A stretch of 64,000 bases of DNA from Chiloscyllium plagiosum (Eukaryota): contig NC_057752.1 in NCBI RefSeq assembly GCF_004010195.1, positions 3,647,639-3,711,638 of the forward strand, in the 5' to 3' direction. Both the position numbers and the translations under genes were made by a program. The notes below the pieces were generated by a model that made no database searches, was not told where the DNA came from, and was given only the letters and a program-made list of their open reading frames with translations. The stretch's first letter is position 1, and the number at the start of each line of letters is the position of its first letter. Below, one piece after another: positions 24,440 through 37,500 of this stretch.

Positions 24440-24740
24440 TTTCATTCGTTCATGGGATGTGGGCATCACTGGCTCATCTGTCCAACCCTAATTGCCACGT
24501 CGCTGAGAGTCTGGAGTCCAGACCAAGTAAGAACAGCAGTCTCCCACCTTCAAGGATATTAGTAAACCAGATGGGTTTGATCTGGCAGTCAGGGACATCA
24601 TTAGACTCTTAATTCTACACTTTTATTGAATTCACATTGTACCATCTACCATGGTGGGATTTGAACCCAGGTCCCCAGAACATTACTAGGGTCTCTGGAC
24701 TAACAATCAAGCAATTAGACCATTAGACCATTGCCTCCTT
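24440..24740 (-). mobile_element. tRNA-derived SINE family B
   Basis: Reverse complement of the 1-300 / 53103-53460 element. Confidence 0.75.
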
Positions 24741-24852
24741 GCATTTGGAAAGGATTGGTGGAATCACAGTCAATTCCAGATGTGGCTTAGTTCACTGGTC
24801 AAACTGATTTGTCAAACTTTAGGGGAACTATTGAAAAGGGGGGGGGGGGGGG

Positions 24853-25152
24853 GGGGAGCATGGTGGCTCAGTGGTTTGCATTGCTACCTCACAGTGCCAG
24901 GGATCTGAGTTCAATCCCAGCCTTGGGTGACTGTCTGTGTGGAGTTTGCACATTCTCCCCGTGTCTGAGTGGGTTTCCTCCGGGTGCTCCAGTTTCCTCC
25001 CACAATCCAAAGATATGCAGGCCAGGTGAATTGGCCATGCTAAATTGTGTGAGGTGCATTAGTCAGAGGGAAACGGGTCTGGGTGGGCTACTCTTTGGAG
25101 GGTCAGTGTGGACTTGTTGGGCCAAATGGCCTGTTTCCACACTGTAGGGAAT
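24853..25152 (+). mobile_element. HE1-type V-SINE
   Basis: GCATGGTGGCTCAGTGGTTTGCATTGCTACCTCAC...GGCCTGTTTCCACACTGTAGGGAATC. Confidence 0.88.
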
Positions 25153-25534
25153 CAAAAGAAAATCTATGCAACATTTTACTTGTCAATGTTTGGATGTGGA
25201 GTGAGAATTAAGACAGTTATGCATTTATTTTTAGAATTCTTATTTCTCTTTTATGTTCAAGTTGACAGGACGGCTGAATTTTGATCACATTTTGTATACA
25301 ATCAGTCCTGATTCAGGATATCCTCCTAAACTGCTCCAATTGAGCATGTGATTGGCTGTCAACTGATTTTCAGATTTCTAGGTGTTTTCAACAATATGTG
25401 CTCCTTGTTATTTGTAAGCTCTGTGCAGGCAATACCTGGATAGAGATATGGTAAGTACCAAAGAAAACAAAGTTACATTATGACGTGGGGAAATGGGATC
25501 ATAATAGTTGGCTTGGTCTGCAATACATTGGAAA

Positions 25535-26210
25535 ACTGCAGAGTGGATTCGCAGATAGACAGGGTCGGGAAGAAGACATTTGGTACACTTACCTTTATTG
25601 GTCAGAGTATTGAGTATAAGAGTTGGAAGGTCATGTTGCAGCTGTACAGGACATTGGTGAGGCTGCTTTTGGAATACTGTGTGCAGTTCTGGCCTCCCTG
25701 CTATAGGGTGTTGTGAAATTTGAAAGGGTTCAGAAAAGATTTACAAAGATGTTGCCAGGGTTGGAGGGTTTGAGTTATAGGGAGAGGCTGAATAGGCTGG
25801 GGCTGTTTTCCCTGGAGCGTCAGAGGCTGAGGGGTGACCTTGTAGAGGTTTATAAAATCATGAGGGGCATGGGTAGGGTGAATAGGCAAGATCTTTTCCC
25901 TGGGGTGGGGGAGTCCAGAAGTAGAGGGCATAGGTTTAGGGTGAGAGGGGAAAGATATAAAAGAGACTTAAGAGGACACTTTTTCACACAGAGGGTGGTA
26001 CGTGTATGGAATGAGCTGTCAGAGGAAGTGGTGGAGGCTGGTACAATTGCAACATTTAAAAGGCATTTGGATGGGTACATGAATAGGAAGGGTTTGGAGG
26101 GATATGGGCCAAATGCTGGGAAATGGGACTAGATTAATTTAGCATATCTGGTTGGCATGGATGAGTTGGACCGAAGGGTCTGTTTCTGTGCGGCACATCT
26201 CTAAGACTCA
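25535..26210 (+). mobile_element. HER1/CR1 LINE 3' end
   Basis: Highly similar to 21762-22453; frameshifted RT C-terminus. Confidence 0.9.
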
Positions 26211-27529
26211 ACGTAAGAAGCTCAGTGGTTGCTGTGTTCATACACTTGTGCCATCACTTCAACCTGAATACAAAGATGAACGCCTTCTTCGTTATAGATG
26301 CAATGCCTTGGGCATTTTGCACGATGCGAGGGCCTTCCTGTGACACAGTGGGTAGTGTCCCTCACCCTGGACAGGGAGGCCTGGTTCAAATCCCACCTGC
26401 TCCAGGGGTGCGTAATAACTGAACAGGTTGATTAGGAAAAAAAAAAGATGAAATTTTTCAAAAAAAAAATTACTTCATGATTGACATCACAGTGCTATTC
26501 CAAACTGGCTGGCTGGTGAAAACAGGTCTCTGTATTTGAGAGAGGTGATGGATGAGTTTGCAGTCAAAGTTTGTGGCACCTCGTACTACATTGAAGTATG
26601 TTACACATGGCTTGCTGACACTCGATGACTGAAGAGGGAAGAAGTCCCATTCCCTCATGATCGTTTCCTCCTTGTTGAACACAACAACTCGAAAGAAAGC
26701 CTTGGATTTATATAGCACCTGGAACTACCACTGGGTGTCTCAAGAGCAGCATGTGGATGTGGAACCTTGCAGGCCAGAGGCAAGGGTACGACCAATGTAG
26801 CCACGGCTCACGTGTTAAATTAAACGGACCAATTTCTTTCCTTTTCCCAAGCACAGAGCAAGACAGCCATGCAAAGAGCTCCAATAAGCAAATAGGTTTT
26901 TGATTTGGATGGCATGGCGATATAACATATCAGTACCGCAAGTTCAGCCATGGCTGCTAATTAGAGTGAGTGATTTTGATGTTGTTAGGGAAGGGAGTGA
27001 AATCCAGACACTTCTTCAAAGCAAACAGGAAAAGAAACAGCCATATGGTTCATCAAAGCATCTTCTTGCACAAGCCTTTCCCATACAGTCCATCCCATTC
27101 CAAATAGATGTCTCACACAAGCTCTTCTCGATCCTAAAAGGTGGTTAAGTCCAAATTATGGTTCTCTTCAAGTGGGTCATCTTGAAGTACGTACACCATC
27201 AGACCAAGCAAGAGCACCTTTGCAAGGATATTCAGTTCGAATCTTGGTAAAGCGGTCGTTATATTGATAGGGGCTTGGGCCATCCAGCGAGAATTCCAAC
27301 ACAGCCACACCAGCTTCTGGAAGGTTCCTGAAGCGTGGCATCAACCCGCACTCCGCCTGGCAAACCCGGCCACTCACACCTGTCCCAAACCTGTCCTGAG
27401 TGTGTGAGCACTCCACATGTATTAAACTGAAAGGACCATGATGTTTATGAAGGGATTCATGAATTACTAATGAATTAACTTATTAATCTATTCACTCATT
27501 ATATCTATCAAGGGATAAACCAAAGGAAA

Positions 27530-28455
27530 GAGGAGTGGCAGATGGAGTTTAGTGGAAATAAATGCAAGGCGTTGCATTTTGGTAAAAGAAACCAGGGTAG
27601 GACTTACACCATTAATGCTGGGCCCTGGGGGGAGTGTGGTCAAACAGAGATACCTAGGGGTTCAGGTGCATCGCTCCTTGAAAGTGGCCTCACAGGTAAT
27701 TAGGGTGGTGAGGAAGCTGTTTGGTATGCTTGCCTTCATCAGTCAGAGCGAAAGTGGGTACTGCAGACGCTGGAGATTAGAGTCACGATTAGAGTGGTGC
27801 TGGAAAAGCACAGCAGGTCAGGCAGCATCCCAGGAGCAGGAAAATCGACGTTTTGGGCAAAGGCCTTTCATCAGGAATCATTCCTGATGAATGGCTTTTG
27901 CCCGGAACGTCGATTTTCCTGCTCCTCGGATGCCGCCTGACCTGCTGTGCTTTTCCAGCACCATTCTAGTCTTGACCCTTTATCAGTCAGAGCACTGAGT
28001 ACAACAGTTGGGATATCACATTGCAGCTGTACAGGACGTTGGTCAGGCCATATTTGGAATATCGCATGTAATTCTGTGTTATTAAACAGGAAAGGATACC
28101 AAGACTGGAGGGCTTGAGTTATAAGGAGAGGCTGGGACGTTTTTCACTGGAGCACAGAAGAGGTGACCTTATAGAGGTTTACAAAAATCTTGAGGGGCGC
28201 AGAAAAGGTGATTAGCCAAGGTCTTTTCCCTTGGGTTGGGGAGTTCAAACCTAGAGGGCATAGGTTTAAGGTGAGAGGGGAAAGGTTGAGAAGGGACCTG
28301 ATGGGGTAACCTTTCCACACAGAGTCTATGGGATGATCTGCCAGAGGAAGTGGTAGAGATGGGTACAACTGTAATATTTAAAAGGCAAATGGGTAGAAAA
28401 CCTGACTGACCTGGACAAGTTAGGCCGAAGGGCCTGTTTCAGTAACTCTATGACT
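27530..28455 (+). mobile_element. HER1/CR1 LINE fragment interrupted by a PLE hairpin
   Basis: WQMEF..KC..LHFG..YLGVQVHRSLKVASQVIRVVRKLFGMLAFISQS, resuming after 27993. Confidence 0.85.
27750..27976. mobile_element. Penelope-like fold-back insertion (P1) with two back-to-back degenerate hammerhead cores
   Basis: Inverted arms centred at ~27879; TSD CCTT(C/T)ATCAGTCAGAGC at 27733-27749 and 27977-27993; cores CTGATGA-ATGGCTTTTGCCC-GGAACGTC (+) and CTGATGA-AAGGCCTTTGCCC-AAAACGTC (-). Confidence 0.85.
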
Positions 28456-29399
28456 TCAACTTTAATAGTGAGGACAGTAGATTCAAATGTCCTAACCTTT
28501 GTCTGGGTCAACTCAAGGCTTCACTACTCGGAAGAAGAATGTAATGGCACTGATTGTGTCATAATAACCAGGTTGTTTTTATCTATTTGTTTTAGAAGGA
28601 TTCAAAAGCAGGTACGTTATCTTGGGGCACTAGAGTTGCAGTTAGTGATGGCTTCAAACACGCCCAGTGTGGCATTCATGATCAATGCCCCGCTCTTCCT
28701 GCATTGCTGTGGGATTGGATCTCAGCCCCGGCCTCAAACTGCGCTGGTGTGATTTATATACTCCCTGCACTCTCATTATGATCTCTCCCAATGGGAGTTC
28801 GAGCTCAGTGGTAACTGCCATCATATGGAGGGCCAGCTTTTAATGCTTTTCATTCACATCTGCTGGGAAATGGATTCAAATTGGCTCAATTCAGTTTCAT
28901 TTAGGACCTTTTATCAGCCATCAGAGAGAGAGAAGGCTTTGATCTATCTTGGCTGAATTCAAATCCAGGTCTTAGTGATGAAAGAGCAGTGATCTTGCTG
29001 ACTACATCTCTTTCATTGTGCTCCTATTAAACATAATTTCTGTACTCTTGGCATTAGGTGGCAAGATAAATAAATGCTTCCCAGTTTCTTGGGGGAAGAA
29101 AGGGTAAAAGTGTGCGTTTCGCATTTGAATAACAATACCCACGGTTGCGATTTTAGGTTTGATGGAAATCTTTACTCTGTGGCTCCTATTTTATAGCAGC
29201 CCTGCAGATGTAGACAGGGCTGCATTACCTATTATTTCATTCAGTAAACCTCAGATAATCAAAAGACCATGTAATGGATGAAATGTCTCACAGAACTACA
29301 CTGAATTTGGATTGGCAGATGTCAGCAACCAGCCTTTTCAGACAACATAGGTTGTACTTGGAACACTTGCTAAACAGCTCTGCATTACACCGATAGGTT

Positions 29400-29937
29400 A
29401 TTTACAAACTCCAAGCATGCATTGTTTTGAAAAGTTCCCAATGGAGCAACAACCCCTCATTCCCCATCTGACTCCCCAAAGCCTGTCCACAAGAGCATGA
29501 TGGGATACCTCCTGCTTTGCCTGGATGGGGGCAGCTCCAACAGCACTCGAGCAGCTCGATACCAAAGCGGCCCCCACTTGATTGGACGTCCATCCATCCC
29601 TTCATCAATAATGCCAAGTGGTACAATGTGTGTCATTCACAAGTGCCCCTTTGGCACCTTGCAAACTTGGGACCTCAACCACCTCAAAGGACAGGGGCAG
29701 CAGATGCAGGGAGTGGGGTGGGGGGGTTTGGGGGGAAAATCATGACCTCGAAATCAAATGGCATCATGACTTCGGAATTATATCCCCATTCCTTCACTGT
29801 CACCCGGCTCAAAATCTCGGAACTCCTTCCTTTAACAGCACAATGAGTGTATCGACACTAATTGAACAGCATTGGTTTAGGAAGGTAGCTCACCACCATC
29901 TTTTCAGAGGCAGTTCGGGATAAGCAAATAAATGCAA
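29400..29937 (+). mobile_element. Second CR1-like LINE 3' fragment; its tail is shared with SINE family B
   Basis: ..GGAAGGTAGCTCACCACCATCTTTTCAGAGGCAGTTCGGGATAAGCAAATAAATGC resembles the SINE-B tail GGCAATTAGGGATGGGCAATAAATAC. Confidence 0.6.
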
Positions 29938-31844
29938 GTCCAAGGCAAAGATAGAGAGATGTTTGAACAGTAAAGGGATTAAGGGTTATGGTGAGCGGCC
30001 GAGTGTGTGGAGCTGAGTCCACTTACCTGAGCCATGGTGTTATTGAATGGCGGAGCGAGCTCAATGGGTCAGATGGCTTAATCCTGCTCCTATTTCTTTT
30101 GTTCTCCAATGAAGTTTACATCTGATGAAAGAATGAAAAAAAACCAGAATTTCATTTGAAAACAGCTGCAGAGTAACTTTATGAGCCTGTGCTGCCAAAT
30201 GGGAACATCATCCACTGCCAGCATATACCAGAAATTCAGGAATCCATCAACAATTTTACAGCCATTTTGTGTGCAGTGTGTGGCACTAGCTAAATTGGTT
30301 TGTCTTTTATGTGTTTTTCAGGCATAAAATAGGCATAGCACCTATTTTAATTCACTCATGGGTTGTGGGTATCACAGGTGGGTCAGCATTTATTGCACAG
30401 TCCATAATTGCCCCTTGAGAAGGTAGTGTTGAGTTGCCCTTTTGAACTACTGTAAGTAGACCCACAATGCCCTTGGGGAGAGAATTGCAGGGAATTAAAA
30501 CAGTTCCCTCAGACAAGGAACGAGCTTTCAATCTGACTCATCAGAAGCTGCAAGAACTCAATGTATTGTTTCACATATCTACTTTTAACTGTAGGTCAGA
30601 GTTCCAGACAAACCTAATGATGTTATCTAATTATAATGCAATGATATTAATACAATTTATGACGTTATGATAACAAATCTTCTGAAATGCATTGATTTCA
30701 AGCTTGGAGCTGGAAACGGTTCACTTTCACTTCCATTTTCCTGTGCAATGTTTTACTGGATTCACAATTTTCCAGACCAGCATGGATATTTTCGAATTAA
30801 CCTGTTCAGCGACGCTGTTACGTGACTCTGAAGCAGATCAGACTTAAATCTTGGCTGAGAGGTCGGAACCCCACACTGGCCTAGCAGCTAAAGTGCAACC
30901 AAATATTCAACCAGGCAATTAATTCATTGAGATTTCAAGCATTTTTGAACAGGAAAGGGATTAAGGGCTATGGTGAGCAGCCGAGGAGCTGAGTCCCCTT
31001 ACCTGAGCTTATTGAATGGTCTTATTGAATGGCAGAGCGAGCTCAATGGGTCAGATGGCTTAATCCTGCTCCTATTTCATTGTTCTCCAATGATGTTTAC
31101 ATCTGATGAAAGAATTAAAAAAAAAACAGAATTTCATTTGAAAACAGCTGCAGAGTAACTTTACAGTCCAGTCCATCACCCAAACCAACCTTCCATCCAC
31201 TGGCTCCATCTACACTTCCCACTGCCTCGGGAAGGCAGCCAACATCATCAAAGACCCCTCCCACATCAAACATATCTCGTACGTCAATGTGATAGCCTCT
31301 AATTTAAATCAGTAAGTCAATCTGATGTCGCATCAAACGACACCAACTGACACACGTAACAATACATTTGTGACACATTTACCATCAGTATCTGGGACAA
31401 TGACATCGAGAACAGTTCATTTGTATTGCTCTGTTACAAATTATGTGAAAATCACCTGAACTCCAGTATCCCCAATCTGTCTGTTTGGTACAAGTCAAAC
31501 TAATCACAGGAAAGGCACTTGAATGAGATAAAGCGAGCACGTTTCAAGAAGTTCTCACTTCAAGACTGATCAACATCCGGAATAATCCGTCAATTCCCAC
31601 AGACGGATGTCGTCACATCTGGAATATTCCCAGTGAGAATTAAGAGCAGGATTTGCTCACAGATCCAGGATTCATCTTTGTGAAACTCATACGTCGGTGG
31701 AACTAATGATGGAGAGATACAGGTCTGCAGCACAAAAAATGCCAACGCACCCACGCCAGTCAAAACCAGCCACCGAACGATTCTCAGCCCACTTTCCAAC
31801 ATTTGGCCGATAGCCTTGTATGTCTTGGAATCGCAAAAGCATAC

Positions 31845-32545
31845 CTTTGATTTGATTTATTATTGTCACATGTAGCTCGGTACAGTGAAAAGTTTTGTTT
31901 TGTGTGCAGTACAGGCAGATCACACCGTACAAAGTGCATTAGGGTGATAGAACAGAGCGAGGAATACAATGTTACAGCTGCAGAGAAGCTGCGCAATGAA
32001 TGAGATCAACATTAAATTTGAACTTGGAGAGGTCCAGTCAGAAGTCTGATAACAGCAGGGAAGAAGCTGTTCTTGAATCTGTTAGTCTGTGTGTTTAAGC
32101 TTTTGTATCCTCTGCCTGAGGGAAGAGGTTGGAAGAGATTGTAACTGGGGTGGGAGGGGTCTTTGATGATGTTGCTGCCTTCTCGAGGCAGTGGGAAGTG
32201 TAGATGGAGCCAGTGGATGGGAGGTTGGTTTGGGTGATGGACTGGGCTGTGTTCACAACTCTCTGTAGTTTCTCACTGTCCTGGGCAGAGCAGTTGCCGT
32301 ACCAAGCTGTGATCCATCTGGATAGAATGCTTTCCATGGTACATCTGTAACGTTGGGGAGAGTCTTTAAGGACATGCTGAATTTGCGTAGCCTCCTGAGG
32401 GAGTAGAGACATTGTTGTGCTTTATTGACCATCACATCAACATGGGTGGACCAGGACAGATTGTTGGTGATCGTCACTCCCAGGAACTTGATGCTCTCGA
32501 CCCTCTCCACTTCAACTCCACTGATGCAGACTGGGGCGTGCCCTC
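31845..32545 (-). mobile_element. Rex1/Babar LINE RT C-terminal fragment and tail
   Basis: VEVERVESIKFLGVTITNNLSWSTHVDVMVNKAQQCLYSLRRLRKF.. then TMESILSRWITAWYGNCSAQDSEKLQRVVNTAQSIT. Confidence 0.88.
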
Positions 32546-32929
32546 CTCCCTCTGCCTCTATGACCCTTCCAGGCAGTGAGCTGCAGATCCCTCCCGCCCT
32601 CTGACTGAAAAAGAAACGTTCAAAGCTCAGCCTTTCAGCGGAGGTGCAGGATGCATTGCGAGTAAAATACAGCCAGAAATGCCTACCGCCCTGTAGAATG
32701 ACTTTAGGGGATAAAGAAGGGACTTGCAGATAGGACCTCATCATATTTCCAAGAGACGGCCTGAAGGGCTTCACACAAACTGCACGGCTTCACATCACAA
32801 GGATAGCTTTCAGCTTTCACACAGAAAATTCCTGCAAAGAAATTCCGGGATGACCAACCGGTGGTCAATTGTTTTGGATGGTGTTGGGGTGAAGGATGAA
32901 AGCTGGCCAGGGCTGCGCGAAAATGAGGG

Positions 32930-33226
32930 GGAAAGCACGGTGGCTCAGTGGTTAGCACTGCTACCTCACAGCGCCAAGGACCCGGGGTTCAATTCCCACC
33001 TCGGGTGACTGTCTGTGTGGAGTTTACACATTCTCTCAGTGTCTGCATGGGATTCCTCCGGTTTCCTCCCTCTATCCAAAGATGTGTAGGTTAGGTGAAT
33101 TGGCCATGCTAAATTGTCCCGTAGTGTTGGGTAAATGTAGGGGAATGGGTCTGGGTGTGTTGCTCCTTCAGAGGGTCGGTGTGGACTTGTTGGGCCGAAG
33201 GGCCTGTTTCCACACTGTAGGGAATC
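32930..33226 (+). mobile_element. HE1-type V-SINE, with a P1 PLE fragment (33227-33310) in its tail
   Basis: Full HE1 head, V-domain and tail, followed by GAAGGGCTCATGCCCAAAACGTCGATTCTCC...TTTCCAGCA, then the ATCTAATCTA tail remainder. Confidence 0.85.
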
Positions 33227-34585
33227 TGAAGGGCTCATGCCCAAAACGTCGATTCTCCTGCTCTTTGGATGCTGCCTGACCTGCTGCGCTTTTCCAGCAA
33301 CACATTTTCAATCTAATCTAATATTCTGGTTGCTTCTCAGTAGCTCCTTGGGATTATGAACATCTATTTACACCTGCCATTTTCTTACCTGATCAGAAAG
33401 GTGACAAGGCATCCCTTTTGAAAGCAAATTATCAAACAACGATAGGAATAGGTTTTCTTCCCCCTTTTTTAAAAATGTTGTACATTAAGTAGCATTTACT
33501 GATGACATCACAAAGAGCTAGTGACTTGGAGGAGACACTGAACCGACAGTGCAAAAGAGCTGAATTAATTTTAGTGTAGCTGCAGTCCATTAACCCAGGG
33601 TGTTTTAGTGAACTTGTCAGTTTAATTGCGTCATTAATTCAGCCCCCTCATGTTGCTGGTTTCAGTAATTTCTGCAAGTAACTTCCAAATGATCTTATTA
33701 CCAAGCGCCATTTAAACAATATTCCAAACCTCCAACAGAAAGACAGGCTGAACAGAAAGAGCAGTTGAAGCTGCTTTTCAGAAGAGAATGATGCCCACAG
33801 TCCTTCTGGCTTGGATCGAACTATTAATTTGGTTCCTGAAAAACCTTGACTTCATTCTTTATCGAGAAGGATGGCTTGGATGTGACAAGTACCTGGTTTG
33901 TACCTTCACAATGTCCTGATTACATTTGAAATCTAACTGGCTCCCTGGGGGAACCTTCCTCTGTTCAGGATTGCAGAGTGAAATCAAAATGACGTGTAAG
34001 GACAATGGTCATGATTTGGCTTCAGATGAGAAACAGAGGACATCCTGTCACTCTTGTTTCAAAATACCAAGGTCCCCAAGTAACCAGGGACCATGAACAA
34101 GTGAGCCATGATGAAAATGTAAGGAAATTAAATGGAATATAAATTAAAAAAAACAACCTTCCTGACTGTGCTTGTAGTCTGCTGAACAATTAGGTAAAGA
34201 CAGAAATAGAAAATTGGCCACTTATTTATTAACTGCTGGTCAGAGCGCTGCTTTGTCAAATTGTTGTGATAGTCCCCCTTATTCTCTTTAAGGTATTAAG
34301 GCATGCTCTGGCCCAGTATTTCAGTGATGGCTGCCTTACAACACTGCAACCAAATGATCTTTTTCAATTCTAAGTCTTTATTTTTCAGATCTGTCACTTT
34401 AATCCCAGAAGTAATGCACTTAGTTTGAAATTTGTCATATCCCGGCTGAAAACTGCCTCTTCCCCACCACATCCAAACTTTGTTCCAGCTTGGACAACCA
34501 TGGCTTCACTTGCCAATGTCCAGTTGTGTGCTGTTCCCTCTCACAGACCCTCTGCCTCCTAATCCTTCTTTAAGATCCTCCTGTA

Positions 34586-37500
34586 CTGGAGGCTGTGGCG
34601 GGAAGGTGAGGCCCAGACTGGAGGCTGTCGCGGGGAGGTGAGGCCCGGACTGGAGGCTGTCACGGGGAGGTGAGGCCCGGACTGGAGGCTGTCACGGGGA
34701 GGTGAGGCCCGGACTGGAGGCTGTCGCGGGGAGGTGAGGCCCAGACTGGAGGCTGTCGCAGGAAGGTGAGGCCCAGACTGGAGGCTGTCACGGGGAGGTG
34801 AGGCCCGGACTGGAGGCTGTCGCGGGGAGGTGAGGCCCGGACTGGAGGCTGTCGCGGGGAGGTGAGGCCCGGACTGGAGGCTGTCGCGGGGAGGTGAGGC
34901 CCGGACTGGAGGCTGTCGCGGGGAGGTGAGGCCCGGACTGGAGGCTGTCGCGGGGAGGTGAGGCCCGGACTGGAGGCTGTCGCGGGGAGGTGAGGGCCGG
35001 ACTGGAGGCTGTCGTGGGGAGGTGAGGGCCGGACTGGAGGCTGTCGCGGGGAGGTGAGGCCCGGACTGGAGGCTGTCGCGGGGAGGTGAGGCCCGGACTG
35101 GAGGCTGTCATGGGGACGTGAGGCCCGGACTGGAGGCTGTCTCGGGAAGGCGAGGGCCAGAGTGGAGGCCGTGGCAGGGAGGTGAGGCCCGGACTGGAGG
35201 CCATGGCAGGGAGGTGAGGCCCGGACTGGAGGCCATGGCAGGGAGGTGAGGCCCGGACTGTAGGCCGTCATGGGGACGTGAGGCCCGGACTGGAGGCCGT
35301 CTCGGGGAGGTGAGGCCCGGACTGGAGGCCGTCATGGGAACATGAGGCCTGGACTGGAGGCAATCATGGGGATGTGATGCCCGGACTGGAGGCCATCTCA
35401 GGAAGGCAAGGGCCAGAGTGGAGGCTGTGGCGGGGAGGTGAGGGCCGGACTGGAGGCTGTCGCGGGGAGGTGAGGGCCGGACTGGAGGCTATCATGGGGG
35501 TGTGAGGCCCGGACTGGAGACTGTCCTGGGGACGTGAGGCCCGGACTGGAGGCTGTCTCAGGAAGGCGAGGGCCGGAGTTGAGGCCGTGGCGGGGAGGTG
35601 AGGCCTGGAATGGTGGCTGTCGCAGGGAGGTGAGGACGGACTTGAGGCTGTCTTGGGGAGGTGAGGCCCTGACTGGAGGCTGTCATGGGGACGTGAGGCA
35701 TGGACTGGAGGCTGTCTCGGGAATGTGAGGCCCGGTGTGGAGGCGGTCACGGTGAGGTGATGCCCGGACTGGAGGCTATGGCGGGGAGGTGAGGCACAGA
35801 CTGGAGGCTGTGTAAGGGGATTGTAGGCCCGGAATGGAGGCTGTCTTGCTAAGGGGAGGGCCGGAGTGGAGGCTGTGGCGGGGAGATGAGGTCCGGATTG
35901 GAGGCTATCACGGGGAGGTGAGGACAGGACTGGAGGCTGTCACGGGTAGGTGAGGCCCAGATCGGAGGCTGTGGCAGGAAGGTGAGGCCCGGACTGGAAG
36001 GATGGCTCGGGGAGGTGTGGCCCAGACTGGAGCCTCTCACGGGGAGGTGAGGCCCGGAGTGGAGGCCGTTATTGGGACGTGAGGCCCGGACTGGAGGCCG
36101 TCATGGGGACGTGAGGCCCGGACTGGAGGCCGTCATGGGGACGTGAGGCCCGGACTGGAGGTCGTCATGGGGACGTGAGGCCCGGACTGGACGTCGTCAT
36201 GGGGACGTGAGGCCCGGACTGGAGGCTGTCTCGGGAAGGCGAGGGCCAGATTGGAGGCTGTGGCGGGAAGGTGAGGCCAGGACTGGAAGGATGTCTCGGG
36301 GAGGTGAGACCTGGACTAAAATCTGTCACGGGGAGGTGAGGCCTGGACTGGAGGCTGTCACGGGGAGGTGAGGCCCGGACTGGAGGCTGTCATGGGGAGG
36401 TGAGGCCCGGACTGGAGGCTGTCGCGGGGAGGTGAGGGCCGGACTGGAGGCTGTCGCGGGGAGGTGAGGCCCGGACTGGAGGCTGTTGCGGGGAGGTGAG
36501 GCCCAGACTGGAGGCCGTCATGGGGACATGAGTCTCGGACTGGGGGCTTTCCCGGGAAGGTGAGGCCCGGACAGGAGGCTCGGTTTCGAGGTTGTGGCAT
36601 GGAGGTGAGGCCCGGACTGGAAGCTGTCACGGAGAGGTGAGACCCGGACTGTAGGCTGTCTCGGGAATGTGAGGCCCGGTGTGGAGGCTGTCACGGGGAG
36701 GTGAGGCCCGGACTGGAGGCTGTCACAGGGAGGTGAGGCCCAGACTGGAGGCTGTGACAGGAAGGTGAGGCCCGGACTGGAGGCTGTGGCGGGGAGGTGA
36801 GTACTGATTGGAGGCTGTCACAGGGAGGTGAGGCCCGAATTGGAGGCTGTGGTGGGCAGATGAGGCCTGGACTGGAGGCTGTGGCGGGGAGGTGAGGCCC
36901 GGACTGGAGGCTGTGGCGGGGAGGTGAGGCTCGGACTGCAGGCTGTCTCGGGAAGGTGAGGCCCGGACTGGAGTCTGTCACAGGGAGGTGAGGCTCGGAC
37001 TGGAGGATGTAGTGGGCAGGTGAGGCCGGGACTGGAGGCTGTAGCGGGCAGGTGAGGCCCGGACTGGAGGCTGTCTCGGGAAGGCGAGGGCCGGAGTGGA
37101 GGCTGTCGCGGGGAGGTGAGGCCCGGACTAGAGGCTGTAGCGGGCAGGTGAGGCATGGACTGGAGGCTGTAGCGGGCAGGTGAGGCCCGGACTGGAGGCT
37201 GTCTCGGGAAGGCGAGGGCCGGAGTGGAGGCTGTCGCGGGGAGGTGAGGCCCGGACTGGAGGCTGTCTCGGGGAAGTGGGCCCGGACTGGAGGTTGTCTC
37301 GGGGAGGTGAGGCCCGGACTGGAGGCTGTCTCAGGGAGGTGATGCCCGGACTGGAGGCTGTCACGGGGAGGTGATGCCCGGACTGGAGGCTGTCACGGGG
37401 AGGTGAGGCCCGGAGTGAAAGCTATCAGGGGGAGCTGAGGCCCGGACTGGAGGCTGTGGCAGGCAGGTGATGCCCGGACTGGAGGCTGTGGCGGGGAGGT

